Notes under the pieces: generated by a model
Seen by the model: the letters and a program-made list of their open reading frames with translations, nothing else
The model's database searches: none
Told to the model about the DNA's origin: nothing
Assembly: GCA_028284155.1 (NCBI GenBank)
Contig: JANQSF010000079.1
Coordinates: forward strand, 55,684 to 119,683
Origin: Phycisphaeraceae bacterium
GTDB lineage: Bacteria > Planctomycetota > Phycisphaerae > Phycisphaerales > Phycisphaeraceae
Reading direction: 5' to 3'
DNA: 64,000 bases
In this document: positions 1 to 9,282 of the stretch, piece after piece
Layout of the letters: each line of letters begins with the position of its first letter
Position numbering within the stretch: position 1 is the stretch's first letter
Program-made: the position numbers and the translations under genes

Positions 1-1
1 G

Positions 2-394
2 GTGCAAAGCGCAGCCGACTCAAGCAAGCCGACCCTTGTGCTCTTTACCGCCTCGTGGTGCCCGCCTTGCCAACACATGAAGCGCAAGGTCTGGACGGAT
101 CGTGCGGTGGCGGACGTGCTCAACAAGGAATTCCTGCCCATCAAGGTCGACTGTTCGGATACGAATGACACGGCCGTACTTGCGCTGCAAAACAAGTACG
201 GCATCAAGGGCGTGCCGACGATGATCGTTCACGATGCCGATGGACGTGAGGTCGGCCGAGCAAACGGCATGGGCGGCCGGCAACTGCTGGACTGGCTTAA
301 GGAACTGGACGTCCAGCCGCCAGAAGACACAAGTTCAGAGTCGACCATCGAAACGCCTGATCAAGCCGATCGCGAGGCCGACACCTTTGACTAG
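2..394 (+). CDS. Thioredoxin-fold protein (5' end may lie outside the window; track start is GTG at position 2)
   Basis: Redox motif WCPPC in LVLFTASWCPPCQHMK. GVPTMIV matches the cis-Pro loop typical of thioredoxin-like proteins. Acidic, low-complexity C-terminal tail. Confidence 0.8.
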   Translation: MQSAADSSKPTLVLFTASWCPPCQHMKRKVWTDRAVADVLNKEFLPIKVDCSDTNDTAVLALQNKYGIKGVPTMIVHDADGREVGRANGMGGRQLLDWLKELDVQPPEDTSSESTIETPDQADREADTFD

Positions 395-1398
395 GACTGC
401 GTCACGCGTGTGACCTGTTCTCGTGTCGAGCGTTTCGGTTCCGCTTTTTTCCTTGGCTTGCCACGTTCGATACCCTTATCCGACAGGTCGCTGAGCAGGG
501 GCTCACCCGTCTTTGCGCAGTGTTTGACCCGGTCGAGCGCCTTCTTGCGATAGTCGGGGCTCTTCTCGCAACCAAGCCAATGCCGATTCAGGCGGGCGGC
601 GACAGCCAACGTCGTGCCACTGCCCGCGAACGGATCGAACACGATATCGCCCTCATTGCTCGAGACCTTGATAATCCGTTCGAGCATCGCCTCGGGCAGT
701 TGGCAGGGATGCCACGCCACGCGCTCCTTAAATGTCCCACACAGACGCGAGACATTCCACGTATCACAGTCCGGGTCGAACAGTTGCTCGCCCGCATCGA
801 TCGCCGCCTGCGGCCGAAGGTACCACGTGTCGTCCGGCAGTTTGCCTTTGGGATTGGCCCGACGGTCGCCATAGACCGTTTGGCGGGCACTGGCCACGGC
901 GATCGTTTCGCGGTTAAAGGTCCACGGCGCGTCTTTGGTGATCTTGTCCACGTTCTTCAAGTCACACGCGGCTGAACCGACGCAGTAGAACAAGTGCGCG
1001 TGCGACCGGTTGAATTTGAGCTTGCAGTTTTGCCCGAACGTGTAATGCCAAACGATCCAGTTGCGAAACACGAGTTGCCCATCGCGCTGCAATTGTTTCA
1101 GATGAACGCGTGTCTCCGCCGCGTACTCATCGCCGATCAACACGTAAAAGGACCCTGTCGGCTTGAGCAGCCTGGCGCACGCGTCGACCCAGTCATACGT
1201 CCAGGAGAGATAGTCCTCGTCAGCCCGGTTGTCATCGTACTTGTCGTACTTGTATCCGATGTTGTAGGGTGGGTCGGCGAAGATCAGGTCGATACTGTCA
1301 GCCGGCATCCCGTTCATTTGCTCGATGCAATCGCCCTGCACGATCGTATCGACGCGTAGTTTGGATTCAGCCGAGTTCTTTTTTGTCGATTTCGCCAT
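391..1398 (-). CDS. Site-specific DNA methyltransferase, beta-class (N6-adenine or N4-cytosine), apparently orphan
   Basis: Catalytic motif IV DPPY (LIFADPPYNIGYKYD) lies upstream of AdoMet motif I (VFDPFAGSGTTLAVA), which is the beta-class order. ATG start at 1398. No restriction endonuclease-like neighbour. Confidence 0.9.
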   Translation of the reverse strand: MAKSTKKNSAESKLRVDTIVQGDCIEQMNGMPADSIDLIFADPPYNIGYKYDKYDDNRADEDYLSWTYDWVDACARLLKPTGSFYVLIGDEYAAETRVHLKQLQRDGQLVFRNWIVWHYTFGQNCKLKFNRSHAHLFYCVGSAACDLKNVDKITKDAPWTFNRETIAVASARQTVYGDRRANPKGKLPDDTWYLRPQAAIDAGEQLFDPDCDTWNVSRLCGTFKERVAWHPCQLPEAMLERIIKVSSNEGDIVFDPFAGSGTTLAVAARLNRHWLGCEKSPDYRKKALDRVKHCAKTGEPLLSDLSDKGIERGKPRKKAEPKRSTREQVTRVTQS

Positions 1399-1543
1399 GA
1401 GGTCGCGATTGTAGCGTCTGAGTCAAGCGCGTGCCGACACCGTTCGCTCTGCGCGTGCACAGGCGTTGACCGGTCTCGTACAACGACATAAGCTGGATCG
1501 ACCAAGCGGATGCGCCGGAAGCACATCCTCACGAGGACGGAAC

Positions 1544-1804
1544 ATGACCCACATCATCGCCGAGCCGTGTGTCGGCACGAAGGACACCGCCTGCGTCGAG
1601 GTATGCCCCGTCGACTGCATCCACCCGCGACAGGACGAGCCGGACTTCGGCGACGCGGAAATGCTCTACATCGACCCGGTGGACTGCATCGACTGTGGCC
1701 TGTGCGTGGATGAGTGCCCCGTCAAGGCGATCTTCCCCGAAGAAGACTTGCCGGACGAGTGGCAGTCGTACATCGCCAAAAACGCCGAGTACTACAACAA
1801 GTAA
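1544..1804 (+). CDS. fdxA: 7Fe-type ferredoxin (3Fe-4S plus 4Fe-4S)
   Basis: Begins MTHIIAEPCVGTKDTACVEVCPVDCIHP and contains CIDCGLCVDECP. These cysteine spacings are typical of FdxA-type ferredoxins. The internal ATG at 1544 follows AGGACGG. The upstream part of the track ORF is R-rich junk. Confidence 0.85.
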   Translation: MTHIIAEPCVGTKDTACVEVCPVDCIHPRQDEPDFGDAEMLYIDPVDCIDCGLCVDECPVKAIFPEEDLPDEWQSYIAKNAEYYNK

Positions 1805-1827
1805 TCCAGCCGGGACCGCCAAGCACC

Positions 1828-2790
1828 ATGCGCCCCGTCGTCGTCATTACGGAAACGCTCGACGCCGCGGCCGCCACCTGGCTCTCCCAGCACGCCGAAG
1901 TCGTCTGGAGCAAGGTCGAAGACGGCGCGTCACATGAGGAACACCTCGCCCGGGCCGACGCGTTGATCGTCCGCACGTTTACGCAGGTCGATCGCGCGCT
2001 GCTCGAACGTGCGCCCCGCCTCCGCGTCGTCGGCCGAGCCGGCGTCGGATTGGAAAACATCGACATCACGGCCTGCCGATACAGCGGTGTCGAGGTCGTT
2101 TACACGCCCGACGCCAACACGCAGGCCGTCGTCGAGTATGTCGTCAGCCTCATGCTCGACGCCCTGCGCCCACGTCACACTATCGAATCCTCCGTGACGG
2201 ACAGGGCCTTTCACGACGTGCGAAAGAAGCACGTCGGCACGCAGCTCGATACGTTGACGCTCGGCATCCTCGGCTTCGGCCGTGTCGGCCAACGGCTCGG
2301 CCGAGTCGCACACTCGATCGGTATGCGCCTGCTCGTCAACGACCTGCTGCCCGAACGACTCCTGCGCGACAACGTCGACTACGACTTCTCATACGTCGAC
2401 AAGGAAACGCTCTGGCGTGAATCCGATGTGCTGAGCATTCACATCGACGGTCAACCGTCGAATCGACACCTGATCGATCAGAACGTGTTGGGTCAGCTCA
2501 AGCCAACATGCTTGTTGATTAATACGTCGCGCGGCATGGTCATCGACAGCCTAGCGCTGGCGGTATGGTCGTGCAGCGTGCTCGACAGCGGTGGTCGAGC
2601 CGTGTTGGATGTTCACGACCCGGAACCACCGCCGCAGGACTACCCGATATACAGCCTGCCGAACGTTCGTCTTTTGCCCCACCTCGCATCACGCACACAC
2701 ACCGCGTTGGCCAACATGAGCGACGTCGTTCGCGATGTCGTCGCCGTGCTCAACGGCGATCGGCCGAAGTGGCCGGCGCCAAATGAGTAG
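1828..2790 (+). CDS. D-isomer-specific 2-hydroxyacid dehydrogenase (phosphoglycerate dehydrogenase-like)
   Basis: NAD-binding motif GILGFGRVG, INTSRG, LDVHDPEP, and a catalytic His in the LPHLASRT region. The ATG at 1828 gives MRPVVVITE. Confidence 0.85.
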   Translation: MRPVVVITETLDAAAATWLSQHAEVVWSKVEDGASHEEHLARADALIVRTFTQVDRALLERAPRLRVVGRAGVGLENIDITACRYSGVEVVYTPDANTQAVVEYVVSLMLDALRPRHTIESSVTDRAFHDVRKKHVGTQLDTLTLGILGFGRVGQRLGRVAHSIGMRLLVNDLLPERLLRDNVDYDFSYVDKETLWRESDVLSIHIDGQPSNRHLIDQNVLGQLKPTCLLINTSRGMVIDSLALAVWSCSVLDSGGRAVLDVHDPEPPPQDYPIYSLPNVRLLPHLASRTHTALANMSDVVRDVVAVLNGDRPKWPAPNE

Positions 2791-2810
2791 TTCAGTTGAA
2801 CTCGGCGCAA

Positions 2811-2840
2811 GAAAAACCGGGCCCGCATCGGCCCGGTTTG
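2811..2840 (-). terminator. Intrinsic terminator downstream of fliC (also sits after the convergent dehydrogenase gene)
   Basis: Perfect 10-bp stem AAACCGGGCC / GGCCCGGTTT with a 6-nt loop. On the minus strand the hairpin is followed by TTTTTTC. Confidence 0.65.
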
Positions 2841-2874
2841 CTTCGGACTCCCGTCATTGTCGCCGGGTGATGGG

Positions 2875-4326
2875 TTACTGCAGCAGCGCCAGGACGTTTT
2901 GCGACGTCGAGTTGGCCAGGGCGAGCGTCGAAATGCCCGCCTGATTCAGGATCTGCGCCCGGGTCAGGGCCGCCGTCTCCGCCGCAAAGTCGGCGTCGCG
3001 GATTGAGCTTTCCGACGCGGTCAGGTTCTCCAGCGCGATCTGCTGACTGCGGATCGTGGTCTGCAACGTGTTGCGTTCCAGCGCGCCGAGTCGCCCACGC
3101 AGCCTGGAGATCTGGTCGATCGCTACGGAGATCACGTCCTGAGCTTCGCGAGCCTTGCCAGCAGTCAGCGTCTTCGCCCCACCGGACACCAGTTCGTTCA
3201 GGAACCCGACCGACTCGTTGCCCAGTCGGGAGGGCGCGACCGACTGAATACCAAACCCGATCTGCTCGGCCGTGCTGACCGTCGCACCGACCTGGTACTT
3301 GGCCCCACCGCCGGTCACACTGAACTCGTAACTCGAGAGCGCCTGCGCGGCCACCGAGGTCAGATTCATCTGCACGTTGATCGTGGCCGTCCGCAGGCTG
3401 ATCTCCGTGCCGTTGCCCAGGGCCAGATTGCCGTTGACCAGCGAGAGAACGTCCTCGCCCGTGTCGCGGTTCACGGCCCCACCGGCGGGCGCGTCGAGCG
3501 TCTGGAAGAACGTGCCGCCTGAAACCTTGCGGACGCTGACGAACTGGTCTGATCCCAGCTTCGCGCTGGTCAGGAGCATGCCCGACGCCTGGTTGGCGGG
3601 ATTGACCAATGACGCGCTGACACCCGTCGCGTCGGCAACCTGATTCACGGCGAATGTCACGGCCGACAGCGTCGTACCGGACACGAAGCTGAATACCTGC
3701 ACGCCCTTGTTGCCCTGCACCTCGAAGCTCACGCTCGACAGGAACGTGCCGGCACCGCCGCCGGAGATGAACAACTGGCCGCTTTCGGCGCTGTTGAGCA
3801 CCTCGACCGTCACCGGAATAAAGCTCGCCGTGCCGAAACTCGCTCCGAAGATGTTGACATCCTGGATCGCGGCGGGGTTCTGCCCGCTGGTCAGGTAGTC
3901 AAGCGAGCCGTTGAGCAATTTCAGCCCGGCAAAGCTGGTCGTGTTGCTGATGCGTTTGATCGACTCGATCGCCGAGTCGAGCTGCAACTGGTTGGCTTCG
4001 ATCTCTTCTTTAGAGAATGCGCCGGTGTTCGCCGCCTCAACCGTCAGGCCTCGCAGAGAGTTGAGCAGCGACGAGACCTCGTCCAGCGCGGCTTCCGTGG
4101 TCGCGATGACGTTGGAGGCCCGCTCCGCATTCGACAAGGCCGTGCGGACGCCGGTGATCTCGGAGCGCAGCCGCTCTGACACAATCAAACCGGCTGGGTC
4201 GTCAGCGCCCTTGTTGATGCGCAGACCGGTGCTGAGTCGTTCCAGCCGCGTGTTCAAGTCGGATTGCGACGTGAGCAGGTTGTGTTGTGCGACGAGTGAG
4301 GGAATGTTCGTGTTGATTCTGGACAT
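2875..4326 (-). CDS. fliC: Flagellin
   Basis: N-terminus MSRINTNIPSLVAQHNLLTSQSDLNTRLERLSTGLRINKGADDPAGL and C-terminus DADFAAETAALTRAQILNQAGISTLALANSTSQNVLALLQ are the canonical flagellin N and C domains. The track start at 4332 is TTG. The ATG at 4326 has AAGGAGGA 6 nt upstream. Confidence 0.93.
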   Translation of the reverse strand: MSRINTNIPSLVAQHNLLTSQSDLNTRLERLSTGLRINKGADDPAGLIVSERLRSEITGVRTALSNAERASNVIATTEAALDEVSSLLNSLRGLTVEAANTGAFSKEEIEANQLQLDSAIESIKRISNTTSFAGLKLLNGSLDYLTSGQNPAAIQDVNIFGASFGTASFIPVTVEVLNSAESGQLFISGGGAGTFLSSVSFEVQGNKGVQVFSFVSGTTLSAVTFAVNQVADATGVSASLVNPANQASGMLLTSAKLGSDQFVSVRKVSGGTFFQTLDAPAGGAVNRDTGEDVLSLVNGNLALGNGTEISLRTATINVQMNLTSVAAQALSSYEFSVTGGGAKYQVGATVSTAEQIGFGIQSVAPSRLGNESVGFLNELVSGGAKTLTAGKAREAQDVISVAIDQISRLRGRLGALERNTLQTTIRSQQIALENLTASESSIRDADFAAETAALTRAQILNQAGISTLALANSTSQNVLALLQ

Positions 4327-4400
4327 TGACAATCCTCCTTGATTGTCTTGTCCGCGCCGGTCCGAGGCCTATCCCGATTTCGGGTTCCTGGTGTTAGGCT
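4327..4400 (-). promoter_or_regulatory. fliC 5' leader with candidate CsrA sites and a weak sigma-28-like promoter
   Basis: The minus strand reads ...CTAAC-N16-TCGGGATAG...CTCGGACCGGCGCGGACAAGACAATCAAGGAGGATTGTCAATG. There are several GGA motifs, one inside the SD and one 12 nt upstream. CTAA/CGGGATA only loosely resembles TAAA-N15-GCCGATAA. Confidence 0.35.
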
Positions 4401-4474
4401 CCGTGTCCTTGCCGGTGCGGATCGTTGGGAACGGCGAGCCTGCGTCAGCCCGCCTGTTGCCCCCCCAACGAGGT

Positions 4475-4783
4475 CTATGCACTCAGGCTCCGTCCCGCGG
4501 TCCGGGGCGCGATGGTCGGCTGACGCAGCCGACCGTCACCGCCGTCGCGGTTCAGCCTGGGGAGTCGTTGCGCCGCGCGGGTCAGGTCGTCGGCCGCCAC
4601 CCCTTCGGAGGCCGCCGCGTTTTCCCGTCGGATCGCGTCGTAAACTTCTTTGCGGTGCACCTGGATCTCGCGTGGTGCCGAGATGCCCAGGCGGACCTTT
4701 TCACCTTTGATATCCACCACGGTGATCTCGACGCCGTCGCCGATCATGATGGTCTGCTCTCGAAGTCTGGAAAGCACTAACAT
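4475..4783 (-). CDS. csrA: Carbon storage regulator CsrA (flagellar, FliW-partnered type) with a long C-terminal extension
   Basis: MLVLSRLREQTIMIGDGVEITVVDIKGEKVRLGISAPREIQVHRKEVY is the canonical CsrA core. ATG with AGGAAGGAG SD. 102 aa in total. Confidence 0.93.
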   Translation of the reverse strand: MLVLSRLREQTIMIGDGVEITVVDIKGEKVRLGISAPREIQVHRKEVYDAIRRENAAASEGVAADDLTRAAQRLPRLNRDGGDGRLRQPTIAPRTAGRSLSA

Positions 4784-4947
4784 GCCGCTAGGCTCCTTCC
4801 TGGGGGGCCGGTGGTTCCGGTCGTCGGCCCGTCGCCGGCGCGTCCCTGCGCCGGGGCCCGTAAGTCGTTTCGTCAGTCGTCAAGCATGGTCGTTTCGTCC
4901 ATGACGTTCACCCCGGGTCTTTCGTCCGTCGAGCGATCGCGTCAGCC

Positions 4948-5394
4948 TCAGGCCGACATCGCCTCGACCTCCGCCCCGAGTTCAATCAGCGGCACCCGCG
5001 TGGTGAACCGCTTGTCACTCAAGACAAGCTGCTCGCCTGTCAGCGATTCGGCGTGAATCACCAACGGGCCCTGCAGGTTGCCGGTCAGCACGTGGCCGAC
5101 CTTGTTCACGATCACGAACACCTGCGCGTCGTCGATCGAACGGATCCCAAGCTCCTGCATCTGGTCGGTGCGCAACGGCACGCGGTAGCTGGAGACGAAG
5201 AACCGCGGGTCAGTCACGACGAAGGCCAGGTCCGGCGTTTCCGTCGATTGCAACCACCAGAACGACGCGTCCTGACCCGTCTCGATCAGCACGAACCGAC
5301 GGTGGCCGCTGAAACCCAGCAGGCCTTTGGGAAAGGTGATGACACGTTGGTCATCCACCTCAACTTCACCGAAGCGCGACGTCTGAATCAACAT
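4948..5394 (-). CDS. fliW: Flagellar assembly factor FliW
   Basis: MLIQTSRFGEVEVDDQRVITFPKGLLGFSGHRRFVL...FWWLQS...PDLAFVVTDP matches the FliW family pattern. It lies adjacent to csrA and fliC. The internal ATG at 5394 was chosen. Confidence 0.9.
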   Translation of the reverse strand: MLIQTSRFGEVEVDDQRVITFPKGLLGFSGHRRFVLIETGQDASFWWLQSTETPDLAFVVTDPRFFVSSYRVPLRTDQMQELGIRSIDDAQVFVIVNKVGHVLTGNLQGPLVIHAESLTGEQLVLSDKRFTTRVPLIELGAEVEAMSA

Positions 5395-5589
5395 CACACG
5401 ATCCTTTTTGCGGCCGAGCGTCCTGGTGCTCAACCCGGTTCAGGCCTGACCGTCCTGGCTTGGCCTGAATCCCGTGGCGTCCTGCCATCGGCCCGTTGCG
5501 GTCCGTCGTGAACCGATTCCGGGGGGTACTTCCGATCGTCGGGTTCGGCCGGCCGCGGCGCAAATCCCGACGCGCAACACTTGCGCCCA

Positions 5590-7536
5590 CTAGCGCAAGA
5601 AATCCAACAAACTCAACTGCAGATTCGACGCGCCTACCTGCAACGTCGCCTGCAACTGCTGCTGCATCGCCGTGAAACGCGTGATGACCTCTGTCAGGTC
5701 CGCGTCCCGCAGGTCGCTAAGCAGGTTTTGATCCAACAGTGTCAATTCGCTGTTCCTGTTCTGCTGTTGTTCCGCCCGTTGGGCCCGAACACCCACGTCT
5801 GCACGAGCACGAGCCAGGGCGTCTATATCGGACTCGATAGAAGAACCAGCAAACGTGATGCCACGTTCGTCGTTGTTTCGTAATGCGTCGCGTAATTCCA
5901 TCAGGTGAGTCAACACGCTCTCAACACGCACGGTCGAAACATCGAGCCCGGCGATGGTCGGGTCGTCCCCGACCGCCGCGAGAATGCCAAGCCCTTCCAC
6001 CGCCGTTGAAGCCCCGATCGGTTTCACTCGGAAGTCGAGTGTGCCCGTCGTGTTGTCCGTCAAGACAAACCCGCCGGCCATTGAGTCGATGGCGATGCTG
6101 AACGTACCGGGCACAGCCACGCCCGCGTCACCAGCCGCCTGCTCGAACAACGCGACGACGTCCGACACAGTCACCGCCATGTCGAGATTCACATTGAATG
6201 TCGTGCCGTCGTGCAACACCACCGCCAGGTCGTCTTCACCGGGAACGGTGTTCACGCCCCGACCGTGATTCAGGTCGTCCAAGCGCGTGTCCGGGCCGAA
6301 CGTCGGCAGCCCGAGGTCAGACGCCGTCGTGCCGCCGTTCTCACGGATCGCCAACTCAACGCCACTAACCGCAGTCACTAGGTCAAGCCCGGTCCCCTCG
6401 CCATTGACCTCCAGCCGAAGCCCGAGGTTGAGTTGCTCGACGACATTGATCAGATCCTGCACCGTTTGCGCCGACGAGAAGTCCGCAACCTTGGTCACAG
6501 CCCCTTGTGTGATTGCTAGCCCATTGGCGAAGTCAACCGTCGCGCCAAGTGCTGACAGTTCCGTCGCGTGCGTCAACCGCCGCCCCACATCGCCCCCGGC
6601 GACCGCCCCGCCACTGGCTGAAAAAGCGATGCCAAGGTCCGCCGCGACCCGACCGGTGGTAGGGTCGCTGATGGTGATGGTCGCACCACCCGAAGTGAGC
6701 GTGAAGCCGTTCGTGTCAATCCCCAACTGCCCCGCACCGGGCGAGACACCTTCGATAGCGGCGTTGATCCGCGAGACGATGTCGCCGGCCGTGTCTGCCG
6801 TTGAGAGATCGACCGTCACCTGCGTCCCATCGACATCGACAAACAACGACCCACGCCGAACGCCCTGCCCCTGCGTCCCGCGCAGGTCGTCCAGCCGCGT
6901 CGCAGCCGTTAATTGCGGATCGAGGTCGATCGCCCCGCGCACGCGAGCCGACAGCGCCCCCAGCGCTTCCAGCCCGTCGGTTGTGAACTCGACGTTCGAG
7001 AGCAGGCCGACATCGCCGGCCAGGTCGGTCGTCGAGCCGGTGTACTGCACGCCGCCGAACCGCTCGACAAACACCCCGTCGCCGGCATCGCCAAACTGAT
7101 GCCCCGCGAACAGCGGCACGTCCTGGTAACGACGGTTCACAATCTCGATTAATGATCGCAATTGCCCGTCGATCACCGTCGCCTGATTCGCACGCGTCAC
7201 GTCGTCGCTGCCAATGCCGATCTGGCTCGACGCGACAGTTTTGGCTTCGAGCAGCAGGGTCGAGATGTCGCCAAGCGCCTGGTCGGTCACGTTCAGAAAG
7301 CTCGACGTGAACTGCAAGTTCTTCTCGTGCTGCGCCCGTTCACTCAGTTTGTCGCGGAGCGACAGGATCGCCGCCGTCTTGTCCGGTGCGTCGGACGGCC
7401 GCTGCACCGCCAGGCCGGTTGAGATCTGACGCTGCAGGTCGAGCAGTTCACGCTGTCCGCTTCGCAGCGACGTCAACAACTGGTTGCCGCTGAGCAACGT
7501 CGAAGTACGAGCGAGGATGGAGCCGACCTGTGACAT
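5590..7536 (-). CDS. flgL: Flagellar hook-associated protein 3 (hook-filament junction), long form
   Basis: Flagellin-like N-terminal helix (LRSGQRELLDLQRQISTGLAVQRPSDAP) and C-terminal helix (DADLTEVITRFTAMQQQLQATLQVGA). Positioned after flgK. Confidence 0.85.
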   Translation of the reverse strand: MSQVGSILARTSTLLSGNQLLTSLRSGQRELLDLQRQISTGLAVQRPSDAPDKTAAILSLRDKLSERAQHEKNLQFTSSFLNVTDQALGDISTLLLEAKTVASSQIGIGSDDVTRANQATVIDGQLRSLIEIVNRRYQDVPLFAGHQFGDAGDGVFVERFGGVQYTGSTTDLAGDVGLLSNVEFTTDGLEALGALSARVRGAIDLDPQLTAATRLDDLRGTQGQGVRRGSLFVDVDGTQVTVDLSTADTAGDIVSRINAAIEGVSPGAGQLGIDTNGFTLTSGGATITISDPTTGRVAADLGIAFSASGGAVAGGDVGRRLTHATELSALGATVDFANGLAITQGAVTKVADFSSAQTVQDLINVVEQLNLGLRLEVNGEGTGLDLVTAVSGVELAIRENGGTTASDLGLPTFGPDTRLDDLNHGRGVNTVPGEDDLAVVLHDGTTFNVNLDMAVTVSDVVALFEQAAGDAGVAVPGTFSIAIDSMAGGFVLTDNTTGTLDFRVKPIGASTAVEGLGILAAVGDDPTIAGLDVSTVRVESVLTHLMELRDALRNNDERGITFAGSSIESDIDALARARADVGVRAQRAEQQQNRNSELTLLDQNLLSDLRDADLTEVITRFTAMQQQLQATLQVGASNLQLSLLDFLR

Positions 7537-7557
7537 CGTTTAGTCGCTAATCAACCA

Positions 7558-9261
7558 CTACAACAGTCCGATTACCGTCTGCATCATCTCGTCAACCACG
7601 CTGAGGAAACGTGCGCTGGCCTGAAACGTTCGCTGCAACTGCAGCACATTGATGGTTTCTTCATCCACATTCACGCCACTGACAGCCTGCCGCTGCGCCT
7701 CGAGGCTTTGCAGCACGGCCGTGTCGGCCTCAGCCTCCTGCCGACCCTGCGCGACACGCACCGCCAGGTCTTCCACGTGACGCCGCCACATCTCACCGAG
7801 GCTCACGCCCCCGGGCCCCGACGGCGGTGAGTCACGCAACGCCGCGATGGCCAACGCCGCGCGATTGTCGCCGTCGGCATGGCCGAACGCCGTCGCCACA
7901 CGGTCCGGATTCGCCAACACGTCGCCTTGAATGTCGGCGTCCAGCGCGTTCGTGCCGGTGAAGAACGTGTTAATGCCCAACGCCGCCAACACACCACTGG
8001 TGTCATCGCTGAAGCTCAGGCCAAAGTCCGCCGTGACCGCCTCGACCCGCAACCGACCCTCGGGCGTCACCGACGCATTGACGTTCTCGACCGCGTTCAA
8101 CTGCGCAGCCAGGTCGTTCAACGACGTGTCCGAACCCAGGCCGTCCAGGTCAACCGCGATCGAAGTTGTCTGCCGTTCCCCAGTCGCGCGCTGTGTGACG
8201 CTGAGCGCAAAACTGCCGTGCGACACATCAAACGCCAGACCGGCCGCCGCGTCGTTCAACACGGCTGAGGCGTCATCGACGCGGTAGTCGCTCGTGTACA
8301 CCCCAGCACGCAAAATGGGCTGCGCCTGACTGTGAATCCGGTTGACCTGGTAGATCAACTCGTTCGCAAAGCCGTCCAACGCCGCCAGCGCATCATCAAT
8401 CGTATTGCCGCGCGCGTTTAGTAACCCACCAAGTCGACCAGAACGCGGCTCGATCAAAGAGCCGTCCGCCGCGACGACCAGTTCCAGCGTCGCGTTGCCG
8501 TCCACATCTGTCGTCGAGCGCAGCTCGACTCCACGGCTCGCGCCGTTCAGCACGATCGGCGTCGAGCCCACGAAGACGTCCACCATGCGCGTGGGTTGCT
8601 CAACCGTGGAGATGTCCAATTCCTTGGCCAAGTCACCCAGCAGGGCGTCACGCTGGTCCCGCAGTGATGCGGCCTCGCCTCGGCCGTCTTCGCTCGCGGC
8701 GATCTGCTGATTCAAGCTTGCAATCCGGTCCAGCAGGTCGTTCACGTTCATGACCCCGCCGTCGATCTGCTCGTCGATCTGCTCACGAAAACCGGTCAGG
8801 TCATTGCGCAGGTTCTGCATGAACAGCGTCAGCGAGCGACCCTGCTGGATCGCCAACTCGCGGATCGAGTCTTCCCGAGGCCGCAGCGACAGGTCACTGA
8901 ACGCATTGAAGAACGCGTCCAACTGCGTGGTCAGGTCGTTGCCCGACAACTCGTTCTCAACCGCTTCGATCTGTTCCAGAATGGCCTGCTTGGCTTCCGA
9001 CGCCGCCGCGTCGGAGATGCCAGCCCGGACGCGGCCTTCCAATGCCTCGTCGATCACGCGCGTGATCGACTCGATCTCGACGCCGCGTCCGACGAACTGG
9101 CCGCCATCGATCGGCGTGTCACCAATCGGGGCGAGCGCGACCGTTCGGCGGTGATACGACGGCGTGGCCGCGTTGGCAAGGTTGTTGCCCGCGACTTCGA
9201 TCGCCGTCTGACTCGCCGTCAGGGCCGTGCGTCCGACTTGTAATGCGCCTGCCAGTGCCAT
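7558..9261 (-). CDS. flgK: Flagellar hook-associated protein 1
   Basis: N-terminus MALAGALQVGRTALTASQTAIEVAGNNLANAATPSYHRR carries the rod/hook N-terminal motif. C-terminus GVNVDEETINVLQLQRTFQASARFLSVVDEMMQTV. Confidence 0.9.
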   Translation of the reverse strand: MALAGALQVGRTALTASQTAIEVAGNNLANAATPSYHRRTVALAPIGDTPIDGGQFVGRGVEIESITRVIDEALEGRVRAGISDAAASEAKQAILEQIEAVENELSGNDLTTQLDAFFNAFSDLSLRPREDSIRELAIQQGRSLTLFMQNLRNDLTGFREQIDEQIDGGVMNVNDLLDRIASLNQQIAASEDGRGEAASLRDQRDALLGDLAKELDISTVEQPTRMVDVFVGSTPIVLNGASRGVELRSTTDVDGNATLELVVAADGSLIEPRSGRLGGLLNARGNTIDDALAALDGFANELIYQVNRIHSQAQPILRAGVYTSDYRVDDASAVLNDAAAGLAFDVSHGSFALSVTQRATGERQTTSIAVDLDGLGSDTSLNDLAAQLNAVENVNASVTPEGRLRVEAVTADFGLSFSDDTSGVLAALGINTFFTGTNALDADIQGDVLANPDRVATAFGHADGDNRAALAIAALRDSPPSGPGGVSLGEMWRRHVEDLAVRVAQGRQEAEADTAVLQSLEAQRQAVSGVNVDEETINVLQLQRTFQASARFLSVVDEMMQTVIGLL

Positions 9262-9282
9262 GGTCTAATCAATTGCTCGTCT

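Noticed and set aside
4459-4465. C7 (G7 on the minus strand) homopolymer between csrA and fliC, as a possible phase-variation tract
   Set aside because: It is too short for reliable slipped-strand switching and is not positioned between recognisable -35/-10 elements. No supporting evidence.
4864-4899. 11-nt direct repeat GTCGTTTCGTC (4864-4874 and 4889-4899) in the fliW-csrA spacer
   Set aside because: A single short repeat pair with no partner motifs elsewhere in the window could be chance.
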